A stretch of DNA of 64,000 bases from Podarcis bocagei (Eukaryota). The stretch lies in NCBI GenBank assembly GCA_964188305.1, contig OZ076886.1; one strand, written 5' to 3'. The notes beneath the pieces are model-generated. The model worked only from the letters and a program-made list of their open reading frames with translations, was not told where the DNA came from and did not search any database. A program made the position numbers and the translations under genes. Shown here piece by piece: positions 25,343 through 37,880 of this stretch; the stretch's first letter is position 1; the number at the start of each line of letters is the position of its first letter.

Positions 25343-26072
25343 GGCTTGCTTTTCACATATATCTCAAGACAATCTACAGACAAAACCATAAAACAGCTCA
25401 AGTTGTTTTAAAAACAGTAATTTTTTTTTTTAAAAAAAGATAGAAAGCAACAGAAAATGAACACCTATGGCAGGAGTGAGGAGCCTCAGGACCAGGGGAC
25501 AAATGTGACTCACACACTCAGGACTTCCCATCTGGCCCTTGGACCAATGAACGGCATGGTGGGTGGTGACTGTTGTTTTTTTAAGAGCTGCAACTTTGTA
25601 TTTTCTGAATAATAAAATAGTTGCTTGTTGGAAGAATTTTCTGAATAATAAAATAGCCCATGTTGGAAGAATCCTTGGAACTGTAGTGGGGTTGCGGGGA
25701 GAGAAGCAACATATGAGAAACTGAAGATACCAAGAAAAGAGGGCGGAGAATTAATCATGAAAGAAACACATTGCATGTTGACCTTCAACATGACCTTTAC
25801 TAGGTAGCAAAGTGTGAAAAGGCAGCATTAATTTTAAAAGTTTAATAAACATGCTGCACGTAATTAGCACATTCCACAAGGAGCCACAACACTTGAACTT
25901 TATTACAAGTTAGATTGCAATTTAAAATGTAATAGAAGCAAGGTTTTCAATTTAATGTGTGCACAGAGCAGATCTTAATTGACTGCATTTATATTCTCCA
26001 ATAAGGGCACTTCTAGCCACACACCTTTTGTGAATGACAGCAGGCATTTGATACCTGCACTCCAGGTGGGTA

Positions 26073-26316
26073 CAGTGGTACCTTGGTTTTTGAACGCAAT
26101 CCATGCCGGAAGACCGTTTGACTTAAGAAACGTTCAAAAACTGAGGCGCAAAGGGCGGTCTGCAAATGCAATGGAGAAAATTGGGGGGGGGACACTTAGC
26201 GGAAGCCGTTTGACTTCCAAGGCACGTTTGAAAACAGAAGCATTTACTTCGGGTTTTTGGCATTTGAAAACCAAAACGTTCGGCTTCCGAGATGTTCGAA
26301 AACTGAGGTACCACTA
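26073..26316. mobile_element. Tigger-like MITE, different subfamily
   Basis: TA-CAGTGGTACCTTGGTTTTTGAAC...GTTCGAAAACTGAGGTACCACTA-TA. Confidence 0.88.
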
Positions 26317-28034
26317 TATCAGTGATAGCAGCAGAGCAATTCTATGCATGAAAATGGAGAATAAAGTCATCTGCATTCAATGGGAAGTACTCCTAGGTCA
26401 GCACACATCAGATTTCAATGTTGGTGCATGCCTACACTAAAAACCTTAACTGATTTCATACCAGTTTATCTGACATGGCCTCTTCTGCAAGAATCCTAAA
26501 GCTGCAATACTGTTGGAAATTATGCCAGAGATATCTCTCTCACAAAATTATAACTCCCAGAGTTATCGACAGGGAAGAACCAAGACAGATAAAGTGATAA
26601 AAATGTACCATAGAAACCCAGCTGAAATTCAAGCACTTTGAGTTAAACTTTGCGAGCAAATTTCAAGAATATCCAGTTTGGGTGTGTGGGTGTGTGTTTA
26701 AAAAGCGGAAATCTTGGCTTTATGTAGATTTTATAATGGAGCTATTCAGTTCCATTTCCTTTACAGAAACAGTCTTTTATTGTGAGTCACAATCTTTCTG
26801 CAATTTGAAATGATTCTGGTAGTTATTTTACTCAAATCAATTTAGTTTCATTACTTTGAGAATGTGCTCAAAGGCAGTAAGACATTCTCTCCCGCCAGAT
26901 GCTTTACTTACAGGTGATTTACATGAGAAAAAAGTGCACGGAATAATCAACACTTACATTCTTAACGTTATTTGAAGACGTCTGCTCATTCATTTTTAGT
27001 TTTTTTCAATATATTTAGAAAGCTCATTTTGATTTTAGTATACGAACATATGAGTCTCATTAGCTTAATGATGTACTTAGTTATTCTTCATCAAAATGCT
27101 GGCATATGAGTTTCTTTAACTTCAGCAAAAGGCTAGATGAACTGCTTTAAAACATATACACACACATGCAAAACTACTGAATTTGTAATTGACATAAGAA
27201 ATGACCTTAAAAAATCAGATACCAATAACCGGATCTATAATTTTGTCCTTGATAGTTATTTCTTTTTTGGACCAAGGAATTGAAACTTCAGCAATGGGAT
27301 GGTTGAAAACCATTTTAAAAATATGCTTAGCCCAATCATCCGATAGTTCTACAATATTTTACAATCCATTCTCATCCCACCCACTCCCAGTAGCACCATG
27401 TGCTTGGCAGGTATAAACCTAGAACACAGAATGGCTCCCATTCAAGAACAATCTTGGCTGTGAATCCTAGAAGACCTGTTCCTTGCCCTGTTCCTTGCCC
27501 TGGCCTGGGAGAGTGGGGGGTCCTACTGACTGTAGCTTTGGCTCTGACTCTCGTTTTTTGTATCTTCATTTTAGATCTTGTAATTTAGATCTTGAAAATT
27601 GTTCAGTGGTAGGGCCAGCCCTGCAGACAAGTATTGCGTATGTAATGTCAAAGGAAATGTATGTGAGTTTGTAGGGGTATAGACCTAGATAAAGTAATAT
27701 GCACACAATGTCATTCCTTGCTCCAAAGCTGAAAAGTGCAATGCTAAAATTAACGGCTATCAAATATGACTCAGTAGCATACAGCATCTATATCTTATGA
27801 TGGGGCAGTACAGGAAATAAGTCTATTAGTGGAGGAAGAGGATATGTAACAGGAAACACCTTGCTAGTCAGCGATACAGGAAATTTTAAGAGACTAATTG
27901 CTGTGCGTCAAATAGTACATTACCGTTTTGTGTATTTAACTCCATATACAATATAGAAACAGGAAGCATATAATCCATGTGCTATATAGACACTATGAGA
28001 TAATTTTGATGTCTCTGAGATTCTCAAAAACTTA

Positions 28035-28265
28035 CAGTGGTACCTTGGGTTAAGAACTTAATTCGTTCTGGAGGTCTGTTCTTAACCTGAAACTGTTCTT
28101 AACCTGAAGCACCACTTTAGCTAATGGGGCCTCCCGCTGCCGCTGCGTGATTTCTGTTCTCATCCTGAAGCAAAGTTCTTAACCCGAGGTAATATTTCTG
28201 GGTTAGCAGTGTATGTAACCTGAAGCATATGCAACCTGAAGCGTATGTAACCCAAGGTACCACTG
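28035..28265. mobile_element. Tigger-like ~230-bp MITE
   Basis: TIRs CAGTGGTACCTTGGGTTA, TA flanks. Confidence 0.92.
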
Positions 28266-28273
28266 TACCAGAA

Positions 28274-28277
<4 letters not shown>

Positions 28278-28356
<79 letters not shown>
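28278..28356. repeat. Compound (CT)n(GT)n microsatellite
   Basis: Direct reading. Confidence 0.97.
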
Positions 28357-28359
<3 letters not shown>

Positions 28360-28950
28360 AAATGTTTCATTCTGATACTTGGAGGCCAGCTTAGGAAACC
28401 ACAAGGCTTTCTGGGCTACTACACTCCTTCCTGAAGAATTGAAAGGAGGCTGGAGGAGAGGGCTGGTGGGGAACCTGTGACCACCCAGATGATGTTGTAG
28501 CCCAATTCCAACAGCATGGTCCATGGGGATTCTAGCTCAACAACATCTGACTTAAAGGCTTAGAATACCACAAGTAGCTAGTGTTTGGAATATGGGAACC
28601 ACCTTAGGATACTATCATTACTGCCTGAGCACAGTATGCTCCCCACCTCCACCCCCGCCGCCCTCAACCACCTTCCTTTCTGCTGCATCTGGATTTTGTT
28701 TTTATCGACAAGGAGCAATGAAGGAACTGGAGCAGAAATAGGGCAGATCAAGGGCTAGGTGCTTGAAAGCAAAGGGAAAGGGAAAGGTTTAAGAGGCAGA
28801 GCAGACAAGGTTGTTGCAAAGCTAGAGTGGCATGGTGGAATGCAGAAGACACAAAACAGAAGAAAGAAAACTATAAAGGTGACTGAACAGGGGTTGGGTA
28901 AAAGGGGAGGCCAGGCCATAGCCTATGCTGTAGGAGTAGCTGCATAAAAA

Positions 28951-28969
28951 CGCCGCCACTAGAAGGCAG
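28951..28969 (+). promoter_or_regulatory. Candidate CTCF site
   Basis: CGCCGCCACTAGAAGGCAG closely matches the CTCF core CCACTAG(A/G)(G/T)GGCAG; local CpGs retained. Confidence 0.45.
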
Positions 28970-29204
28970 ACCTCATGGCAAATTATACACATGACCCAGG
29001 TTCCCCCACTGACTGATGAGGAAAAAATGACCCATCCAAGAGTGCACAGACATTACTCAAGACTGCTTGCATCCATTAAAATCACAATCTCACAATAAAA
29101 TCACAACATCAGTAAAATACATTAGAGAAATGTATGGTAGGGGTTTTTTTTACACACACAAACACACACACACACTCAAATCTGGGCATTATGTACCTGA
29201 AAAT

Positions 29205-29505
29205 AATAATAGTTTAATAATACTTTATTACTTGTACCCTGCCCATCTGACTGGGTTGCCCCAGCCACTTTGGGAGGCTTACAACAGAATATAAAACACT
29301 AGACATTAAAAGCTTCCTGATGCAAAGCTGCTTTCAAATGACTATGGAAGATCATATAATTGTTTTCTCTTTGTCAACTGATGGGAGGGCGTTCCACAGG
29401 GTGGGTGCCACTACCGAGAAGGCACTCTGCCTGGTTCCTTGTAGTGTGGGAACCGGCAGAAGGCCCATGGAGGTGGATCTCAGTGTCCAGGCTGAACGAT
29501 GGGGG
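29205..29505 (-). mobile_element. L2-clade LINE 3' end
   Basis: QGTRQSAFSVVAPTLWNALPS motif plus family tail. Confidence 0.85.
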
Positions 29506-29989
29506 CACGCAAAAGCCTGCTGGAACAGAAAAGTCTTCACTAGCCAATGGCAAACAGTGAGAGATGACTCACCAAAACCTTATAGTACAAAGTGTTTGAA
29601 TAATGTGGGTACAGTTTTAAATATCATTACCCCATAAACACAAAATACCCAAAAGAGTGACAGGGAAAATCATGGCAGTGCACATGGTGAATACCACTCT
29701 CTTGGGCAGATGAATCACCTACTTATAGTATCTCCATCTTGCCTGGACTGAGCTTCAGTTTACTGGCCTCATTGAGTTCATTATTGTGGTCAGGCAATGA
29801 TGTAGCACTTCTACCATTTCACCTTAATTTGACAGAAAGGAAAAGTTGGGTGCCACCTGTACACTGATGACATCTCACCCCAAGGCTCAGGAAGATTTCA
29901 TGCAGTGGTCTCGTGCAAGTGTTAGATACTATGAGGAAAAGAACTGAAGCCCACAAGTCCCCCTAGCATAAATGCCAAGAAGTCAAGCA

Positions 29990-30300
29990 GTGGTCCCCTT
30001 GAACCCTTTCTGGAATCAGCCATTTGGGTGCCTTCAGCTGACCAGGGCAAGCATTAGAGCACTGCATTGCAGTGGTTGCATTAATGCTCGCCCCAGTCAG
30101 CTTATGCAGAAGGATACCATGGTTTATGGTACTGAAAGCCACTGAGAGGTCTAGGATAATCAACAAGATCACACTTGCCCTTCCTTTGCCCTGGCATAGG
30201 CCATCCGTCAGAGCTGCCATAGCAGCCCCACTGCCAAAATCAGGCTTGAATTCCGGTTGAAATAAATCTAGAAACTCAGTTTCATCTCAGAGTGCTTGGA
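29990..30300 (-). mobile_element. L2-clade RT fragment
   Basis: ILLIILDLSVAFSTINHGILL RT motif. Confidence 0.8.
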
Positions 30301-32984
30301 ATTGTATAGCAATTGCCTCCTTTTTGTATCCTCCTTTCCTTCATTAGTCATCCTTAAATATCTTGTTACTGGCACTGTGTGCAGAAGTCAATATTCCTGT
30401 TTACTTTTAGTCTGGGAAACTCATCTCATAGAGAACACTCATTAAGCATGTTAACAGAACCTTGTCTTGAATGTTACTTGAGACTGTTAGAGATTAAAGG
30501 AGACCAGTCATAATGGTCTGAAATCTTTCACTCTGCCAGCAGAAGCCAATCCTTCTGGGAAAAGGAGGTTTTGTGGATTCACTGGGATAGATGGATCAAA
30601 CAAGGCATTTCCTGGAGGTAATTTACAGGTTTTGTTTTTTAATACCAATGTATAAAAATGTTTTAGTCGTCAGGTCAAAATGAAGACCATAAACTTTTAC
30701 ATCTAACAGTGTCATACTTAAATAATGAAAGATAAATCATGAGACGAGAGCATGTGTCCAATCATCCACTTTATTTTTTGCCTCACCTACACGTTTATGT
30801 GTCCATCCAAAAACCAAAAGGGAAGGGAGTCCTGAAAGATTTTTCTGAATACCCTTTTTTTGCTAGGAACTGCATTCGAGAACACCTTTCTCCTGCTATG
30901 AGGAGGAAGTGCTTTTGTGATATCAACAGGCATTGTACAAGTCTACTCTCCAATCTATTTGCACCAGATTCACTTGAATCCCATGTCAAATCAGGACTTT
31001 GACCAAATTGGGCAGAGACAGCCCTGAATCACTGCAAGTTGGACTGGGCTGTGTATGTCTGGCTCATATTGTTGCAGAAGGTGCCTTTTCAATGTTTGGT
31101 TGCTGCTGTCTTTCCATATTTTTGTGATTTTTTAACTGTTTTTTTCAACATTCGCTTTCTGACACCTCCCTTTACATAGGAACAGAAATTTATTGCTGTC
31201 ATCTCAGTGACTCGCCCTTCTAAGGCAAGGACCTTTCCCATCCCAAACAACTAGCTTGCTGCCTGCCTCCCACTGCTGGATGGTTCCCTGCAAAAATGTT
31301 CGTCCAATCCTAAAGTGCTTTGCTCTTTCTGTGCTCTCCCCTATACATATTTCTGGTACCAGCACTGTTTTTAAGTGTGAATATATATTAGCTTCACTGA
31401 AAACTAGCAGCTCTGCATTAGTACAAATAAGTAAGCATTTTGCACAGATTAAAAGTGCACTCATACATTTTGATTCGGAAGTGAAAAAAGAGAAACAAAT
31501 AAAAAGTTAAGAAAAGCTTTAATACAGAATTGGCAGTTGAACTGTGTTTTATTGGTCCTTTGTGACTCACTGATTAAGATATTTCCTCTGCACTGGGAGC
31601 TGTGAGTGAGATAAACATCACCTGTTGCTGAGTAGGAGCATGGCCTTTCCTCTTCATTTGTTGACATTAGATAAACCAGAGAGAAGTGACCTGATGATAA
31701 GCTAGCCATTGTGCCTGCTCTCCTTTAAATAATTGTTATTTGATATTCCTGAGACACCTACCGGGGCTCAAAATAGCTTCCCTTTTCCCTTAGAATGCCA
31801 CTGAGTGAAAGCTTCCACACAATGATTGGATTAATTTCCTCTATATCTAATGAAATGTTGGAAATGCAAAACAAATTACCCAGTCTAACCTATTAAGATG
31901 ATAACAAATAGAATCTCATTAGTATGTTTCAATGGTGATTTAAAAGCCCAAAATGAATTAAATGGCATTTAAGAATTAGACAGCAATTAGGTTCAATATC
32001 CTCCACATCTGTTTTATCACACATGTGGTGACACAGCACAATGAAATATTCATTCAAGTCACAGCTCTTTAGTTGATGGAGAATGGTAGCTATCATCATT
32101 TCAATATCTACTCCCAGGCTACTTCATTTGCAGCTAAGAGTCAGTGAGTTCTTCAGCGAATTGTGTCTTTTCCAGCTGTATAGAGATACGGTTGACAACT
32201 GAGGAGAAACTATGTCACGCTATAGCATTTAATAATGGGTCTTCTCATATTCCATTGAGATGTAATGTGCCCTAGCGAAGGGTGCAGAAGCTTCCAGCCA
32301 TGCTGTGGCCTAGTCTTCTAGAACAAAGATGGGGAAGTTGTAGATCTCCCCAAGTTGCTGGCTAGGCCTAACAGGAGTCAAAGCCCAACTTCTAGAAAGC
32401 TACAGATTCCTCACCCCTGCTTCCTTCACAGATTCTGCAGGCCTTCTACTTGTAGGTGGTGGCAGCACTCACCGCCACTTAGACTCTACTCAAGGTGCTG
32501 GTGTTTGAACCCTTCCATGGTGTGCAACCACCTGCACATCCTTAGGAATAGCAAGCCAGGTCCTGCTTACTGAAACTTACCTTGATCTTGACTGCAATTC
32601 AAGCAAGTGCCAAATGCGGCACAACTACACAGCCAGAAAATGCACTCTCCTGCCCCTAAGCCCACCGTGCTGCCTGCTCCTTCCAATTCCAGTTGTGTGG
32701 TTCCTGCAATCGTGGCCTTTCACAGTTTTGCCCATCACTGTTCCCCCCCCACACACACACCCTAATTGTCTTTATTTTTCTGAATATTCTGTTGCAGTGT
32801 TTGTGTTTGTATACTTTTTACTGAGTTGTTATTTTGTTGTTTTAGAAAGTTGTGGATATATGGAACTTTTTGAAAGCCCTCCTGGGATATGAATAGGCAA
32901 AATAAATAACAAATTTGTCTTTCCTGCATAAATCCCGGTTCCTTTCAATCTTTCTAGGTCCATTTTTAATATAACCACCATCAA

Positions 32985-33447
32985 CTTATTATCTATTCCC
33001 CAGCCACTCTGGGTGGCTTCCAACAAAAGATTAAAAATACATTAAAACATCACTCATTAAAAACTTCCCTTAACAGGGCTGCCTTCAGAAGTCTTCTAAA
33101 CATCAGATAGTTGTTTATTTCTTTGGCATCTCATGGAAGGGTTTCCACACGGCAGACACCACTACCAAGAAGGCCCTCTACCTGGTTCCCTGTAACTTCG
33201 CTTCTTGCAATGAGGGAACCACCAGAAGGCCCTCGGAGCTGGACCTCAGGGTCCAGACTAAACGATGGGGGTGGAGAAGATCCTTCATGCATACTGGACT
33301 GAGGCTGTTTAGGGTTTTAAAGGTCAGCACCAACACTTTGAATTGTGCCTGGAAACATACTGGGAGCCAATGTAGGTCTTTTAAGACCGGTGTTATGTGG
33401 TCTCAGCGGCCGTTCCCAGTCACCAGTCTAGATGCCGCATTCTGGAT
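32985..33447 (-). mobile_element. L2-clade LINE 3' part
   Basis: Shares CCCTT.ACAGGGCTGCCTTCAGA and GGTTCCCTGTAAC with 50516-50830. Confidence 0.85.
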
Positions 33448-33569
33448 TAATACACTATTTCACTCCCATTGTTGCAAGTGGACTGCAGTGGATTTCCTTT
33501 TCTTATCACACCTTCACATATATGTGTAGAACAGCCAGCTTTGCACAGTACCAAACAAGGGCACATGCC

Positions 33570-33614
<45 letters not shown>

Positions 33615-34336
33615 TTATTTATACCCCACCCATCTGGGTATAAATTATACCCATTATGCTATATTTATACTTTCAAGTTATCTGCAAAGACACCCATCAG
33701 TCTACTTTTGTCATCTACAGTACACCTGTCTTGCACTGCGATCCTCTATCACTTACCACCAGGCAGTAAGCTCCATTGAATTCAGCTGAGCTAACTCCTG
33801 AGTAGAAATGTATAGGATTGTATTGTTAACTACTCCCTTGGTGAAGGATTGGGAGTGAAAGGGGGCAACCTCTTAGATCTGATCTGTATTTCTTTTTTAG
33901 AGTTATTCTGAATCAATGAGCTGCATGCAGTATAAATTATTCAGTACCATATTGTTCAGTGACAGATGAAGAATTAGTGAATCATTTATATGTGATCTAG
34001 AAACTGATTTAATAATAGAGACATTTGTTCAATTAATTGATTCAGCATAAATGGAGGAAATATTCATTGGATCCATTATTTGTCATTAGTATCAAAGTGT
34101 ACCTAATTATTTTAATCCATGCTTTGGTATGGAAAGAACATAGCAAACTACCAAGTAGAGCTGCAGCTTTTTATTCCGGGCACACTGAATATCAAACCAT
34201 CATCTTGAGAACAAACAAACAAAAATGCAGTTAGAATCAATACATCTTATTTTTACATTGTCATCCCTCACCCCTTATTATGGTAGTCAAGAGAACTTAA
34301 TGAAGAGGTTTGGAGGCTTTGACCAGTAGCAGTGCA

Positions 34337-34690
34337 TGAGTGAAACTCGGTGGTCACTGAAGTGTAGGTGTGTTCCCACAAGGCAAGACACAGTGATAAC
34401 AGCAAGAACCTTTATTGAACTAACAGAACTGGACAACAGGGGCAAAGCAACTGCTTATACACATTTCTGAAGGCCTAGGCCACTCCCACTCCCAATGTTA
34501 TTGGCTGTCTCAACTTCCAAGGTGCGAATCATGACTCGGTGTTTAAGGGCCAATGGCTGAAATTTTCTGTCATTGGATATCATGTATCAAATCAGAACAC
34601 AGGGGCTCAGAATCCTTAGTCCAAACTCAAGCTCAGGCAAACACAGACTACTGAATACACAACAGTCACCAAACCACAATTTCTTCAACA
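34337..34690 (-). mobile_element. Possible solo LTR (ERV-like)
   Basis: Minus strand begins TGTTGAAGAAA, then CCAAT-like boxes, a TATA-like site and AATAAA in LTR order, ending in CA; no clean TSD. Confidence 0.4.
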
Positions 34691-34710
34691 GTCCCCAAGA
34701 AACAGGACTC

Positions 34711-34927
34711 AGACAAGACTCCCTGGAAAAGACCCTGATGTTGGGAAAGATGGAGGGCACAAGGAGAAGGGGACGACAGAGGACGAGATGGTTGGATAGT
34801 GTTCTCGAAGCTACCAGCATGAGTTTGACCAAACTGCGGGAGGCAGTGGAGGACAGAAGTGCCTGGCGTGCTCTGGTCCATGGGGTCACGAAGAGTCAGA
34901 CATGACTAAACAACTAAACAACAACAA
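34711..34927 (+). mobile_element. RTE-BovB LINE 3' end
   Basis: DSLEKTLMLGKMEGTRRRGRQRTRWLD...AWRALVHGVTKS plus (CAA)n tail. Confidence 0.95.
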
Positions 34928-35024
34928 TTGTCCATTCTGCAGTTACTCATGTTGATGATCCTTCCTTATACCTCCTCCATGAAGAACAGTGGCTGGTATC
35001 TGTGCATTGCTGTGCTACACTGTG

Positions 35025-35205
35025 GAACACAGAAATGTAGGCGGGTTCATTATACTGTGCCAGACCACTGGCTCATCTAGCTCAGTATTGTCTACACGGA
35101 CTGGCAGAAGTTTTCTAGGATTTCATATAGACCTTCTTAGTCTTACGTGGAGATGCCGGGGGTTGAACCCAGGACCTTTTGCATGAGATGCTGAGCTATA
35201 CTCCT
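35025..35205 (-). mobile_element. tRNA-derived SINE (Squam3-like)
   Basis: CATCTAGCTCAGTATTGTCTACAC...GGAGATGCCGGGGGTTGAACCCAGGACC. Confidence 0.78.
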
Positions 35206-36970
35206 TCCCTGTAAATATACTTACTGCAAGGCTGTGTATACATTACCAGTGTAAATCACAGCTAGGTAATTCCTTGTCACAATTTGAATCTAAGCCAGTT
35301 GGGGGTGGGGATGCATCGAAATGCAATATTTCATAAGGAATGACAGGAAAGTCCATGTGACTGGTAAGAGCCTCATTCTAGTCCTGCTGCCAACTCAGCC
35401 TACAGTCACACGGGATGCAGGTGAGTTAAAGAGAATATATAAGTATATCAAGGAACTCTGCCAGCCTGAGCTTTAGCTTTCTCACAGATTGCACCATTTC
35501 CTTGGGCTCAAATCCTGAGAGCTTCTCTGGGTTTTGTCCTTTGTCAGTCCCAAGAGCCCTTTTTAAAAAGAAGCAGCCTTATTGATGCTTGTGTACTTTA
35601 AATCCTCAGGAAAACTATCACCAACTTTTTGCAAGTTTTCCGTTATTTTTAAATATTTAATAGAGTGCACAAAAGTGTTTGTTTTTTCAAGACTGATTCT
35701 GCAGCATGTTAACATGCACTTTCCTCCTGAACGTACCCTTCTTTTGAGATCTCTCACTCTGTGTGTGTGCATGTTTTAAACGACCTTTAAAAAGCATTTT
35801 CCTGCATTGGATCATCAGAAATAAATGTTCCCTGGGCATTACAAAGCTTGGCCTGTGTGGTATACACAAAAATGAAAAGAACAGCAGAGTTCACCTTGCA
35901 AACTCTTTGTTGTTTGCAGGGGGACTTGAGCGCATCCTGTGACCAGAGAAGAGTGTGTTTGCCCTTCCACAGTGTTCTTGACAAAACTAGACAAGGGCTA
36001 ACTGTGCAAGCCACTCAGGATAAATGTAACAGATCAGGTGTAAGGGCCTGTGTCTCGAGGACAATCTCAATGCTCATTCTTCCGCAATCTGCATTGGGTA
36101 GTCATAAAATCCTACTTACTATTTGGCAGGATGCAGCTGATGGCCAAGCTCCAAGGGAGCTTGCTTCCCCTCTCCCTGCCATAAAGCATGCTGTGCTCCA
36201 ACTGCCAGTTGCCCTGGGACACCAGAGCTAAGGGAATTTTGCTCTGGCTCCAGGCAAGGAAAGACTAACCAGGCCACATCTATCGGCCAGGAAAGGGACA
36301 GCTGCAAACAGCTTGCCCTGCTCCCCCAGAACACTTGGCTCCACTGCATGCTTTGCTCTCCCCTCCCTCATTCCCTTTTCCTTTTGTGTTCTGTCTGTTA
36401 GGAGGAGGAAGAGGAAAGGCCTCAAAATGGCACTGCGAATGTACTTGTAAAATTATAATAGAACATCCAACTTGTTTCAGTAGCAGCTCGTCCACAGTCC
36501 CCTTGTCCTGTACCTAGAAAGCATGGGTCTGAGTGGTTTTCCATGTGTTCCAGGCCTTCTAGGCACAAGTCTGAGTGCCCTGCTGCTTTCCCTCTGAAAA
36601 ACCATTGGGGAAAGCAGAAGTGTGTCATCGTAGGCCATTATTGAGGGGCACTTTCCAAGGATACCATTTTCCTATTAAGGCAGCATCTGAATAGGGTGTT
36701 GCCTGGAATGTATTGTTTACTAGAAATAGCAGCTACAGAATCAAAGAGGAGGTGGGGTTTCTTTTCATCAGGGAAACATTGTGGGCAGGAAAAGCAAACC
36801 CCCTTGCCCCACATGTCAGAGACTGGATCTGGATCAGAGCCCCAAGTAGCGGCTTTCTGTGGGGAAAGTGGCAAATTCGAAGCTTACCGTATTTTTCGCC
36901 CCATAAGACGCACTTTTTCCCCTCCAAAAATGAAGGGGAAATCGGGGTGCGTCTTATGGGGCGAATGCCT

Positions 36971-37617
36971 GCAAGCCTCGCGCGCCCGGCAGGAGGTCCC
37001 ACCGGGTGTGCGAGGCTTGGGGCAGCAGCCTGTCGCCCGAAGCACGGGGAGCCCTCCGGAGGGCTTCCCCTGCTTCGGGCGAGTGTCTGCAAGCCTCGCA
37101 CTCCCGGCAGGAGGTCCCACCGGGTGCGCAAGGCTTGGGGCGGCAGCCTGTCGCCCGAAGCACGGGGAGCCCTCGGGAGGGCTCCCCCTGCTTCGGGCGA
37201 GTGTCTGCAAGCATCGCGCACCCGGCAGGAGGTCCCGCCGGGTGCGCGAGGCTTGGGGCGGCAGCCTGTCGCCCGAAGCACGGGGAGCCCTCGGGAGGGC
37301 TCCCCCTGCTTCGGGCGAGTGTCTGCAAGCCTCGCGCACCCGGCAGGAGGTCCCACGGGTGCGCGAGGCTTGGGGCGGCAGCCTGTCGCCCGAAGCACGG
37401 GGAGCCCTCCAGAGGGCTCCCCCTGCTTCGGGCGAGTGTCTGCAAGCCTCGCGCACCTGGCAGGAGGTCCCACCGGGTGCGCGAGGCTTGGGGCGGCAGC
37501 CTGTCGCCCGAAGCACGGGGAGCCCTCGGGAGGGCTCCCCCTGCTTCGGGCGAGTGTCTGCAAGCCTCGCGCACCCGGCAGGAGGTCCCACCGGGTGCGC
37601 GAGGCTTGGTGCGGCAG
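36971..37617. repeat. 118-bp GC-rich tandem array (~5.5 units), each unit two hairpins
   Basis: Units start at 36971, 37089, 37207, 37325, 37442 and 37560. Confidence 0.95.
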
Positions 37618-37622
37618 ACTGT

Positions 37623-37880
37623 GCTTCTAGGTGTGCGCAAGCAGTCCGCTAGCCTTGGGAGAGCCGCGGGGCTCTCCCAGGGCTAGCGGACTGCTTGCGC
37701 GCACACAGAAGCTTGGGGCGCGCTGAGCTCGGCACGCCCCAAGCTCCTGGTGTAGCGCAGCGATCCGCTAGCCCTGGGAGAGCCCCGCGGCTCTCCCAGG
37801 GCTAGCGGACTGCTTGCCGGCACGCAGAAGCTTAGGGCGCGCTGAGCTCCGCACGCCCCAAGCTTCGGGATTAGCGCAGC
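37623..37880. repeat. Second ~119-bp tandem unit (2 copies), palindromic
   Basis: TCCGCTAGCC recurs at 37645 and 37764; long and short hairpin in each unit. Confidence 0.9.

Noticed and set aside
25600-25672. 36-bp tandem duplication
   Set aside because: Simple local slippage within a degenerate repeat, with no functional signal.
34711-34927. Bov-B as a novel horizontal transfer
   Set aside because: Bov-B is a well-known resident family in squamate genomes; nothing here indicates a new event.
36971-37617. CRISPR-like array of palindromic repeats
   Set aside because: No unique spacers and no cas genes, in a vertebrate context; it is a tandem array inside a DNA transposon.
36696-37686. Six overlapping ORFs of 226-318 aa
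   Set aside because: All six frames are open because the GC-rich palindromic 118-bp repeat lacks stop codons; there is no transposase or other domain.
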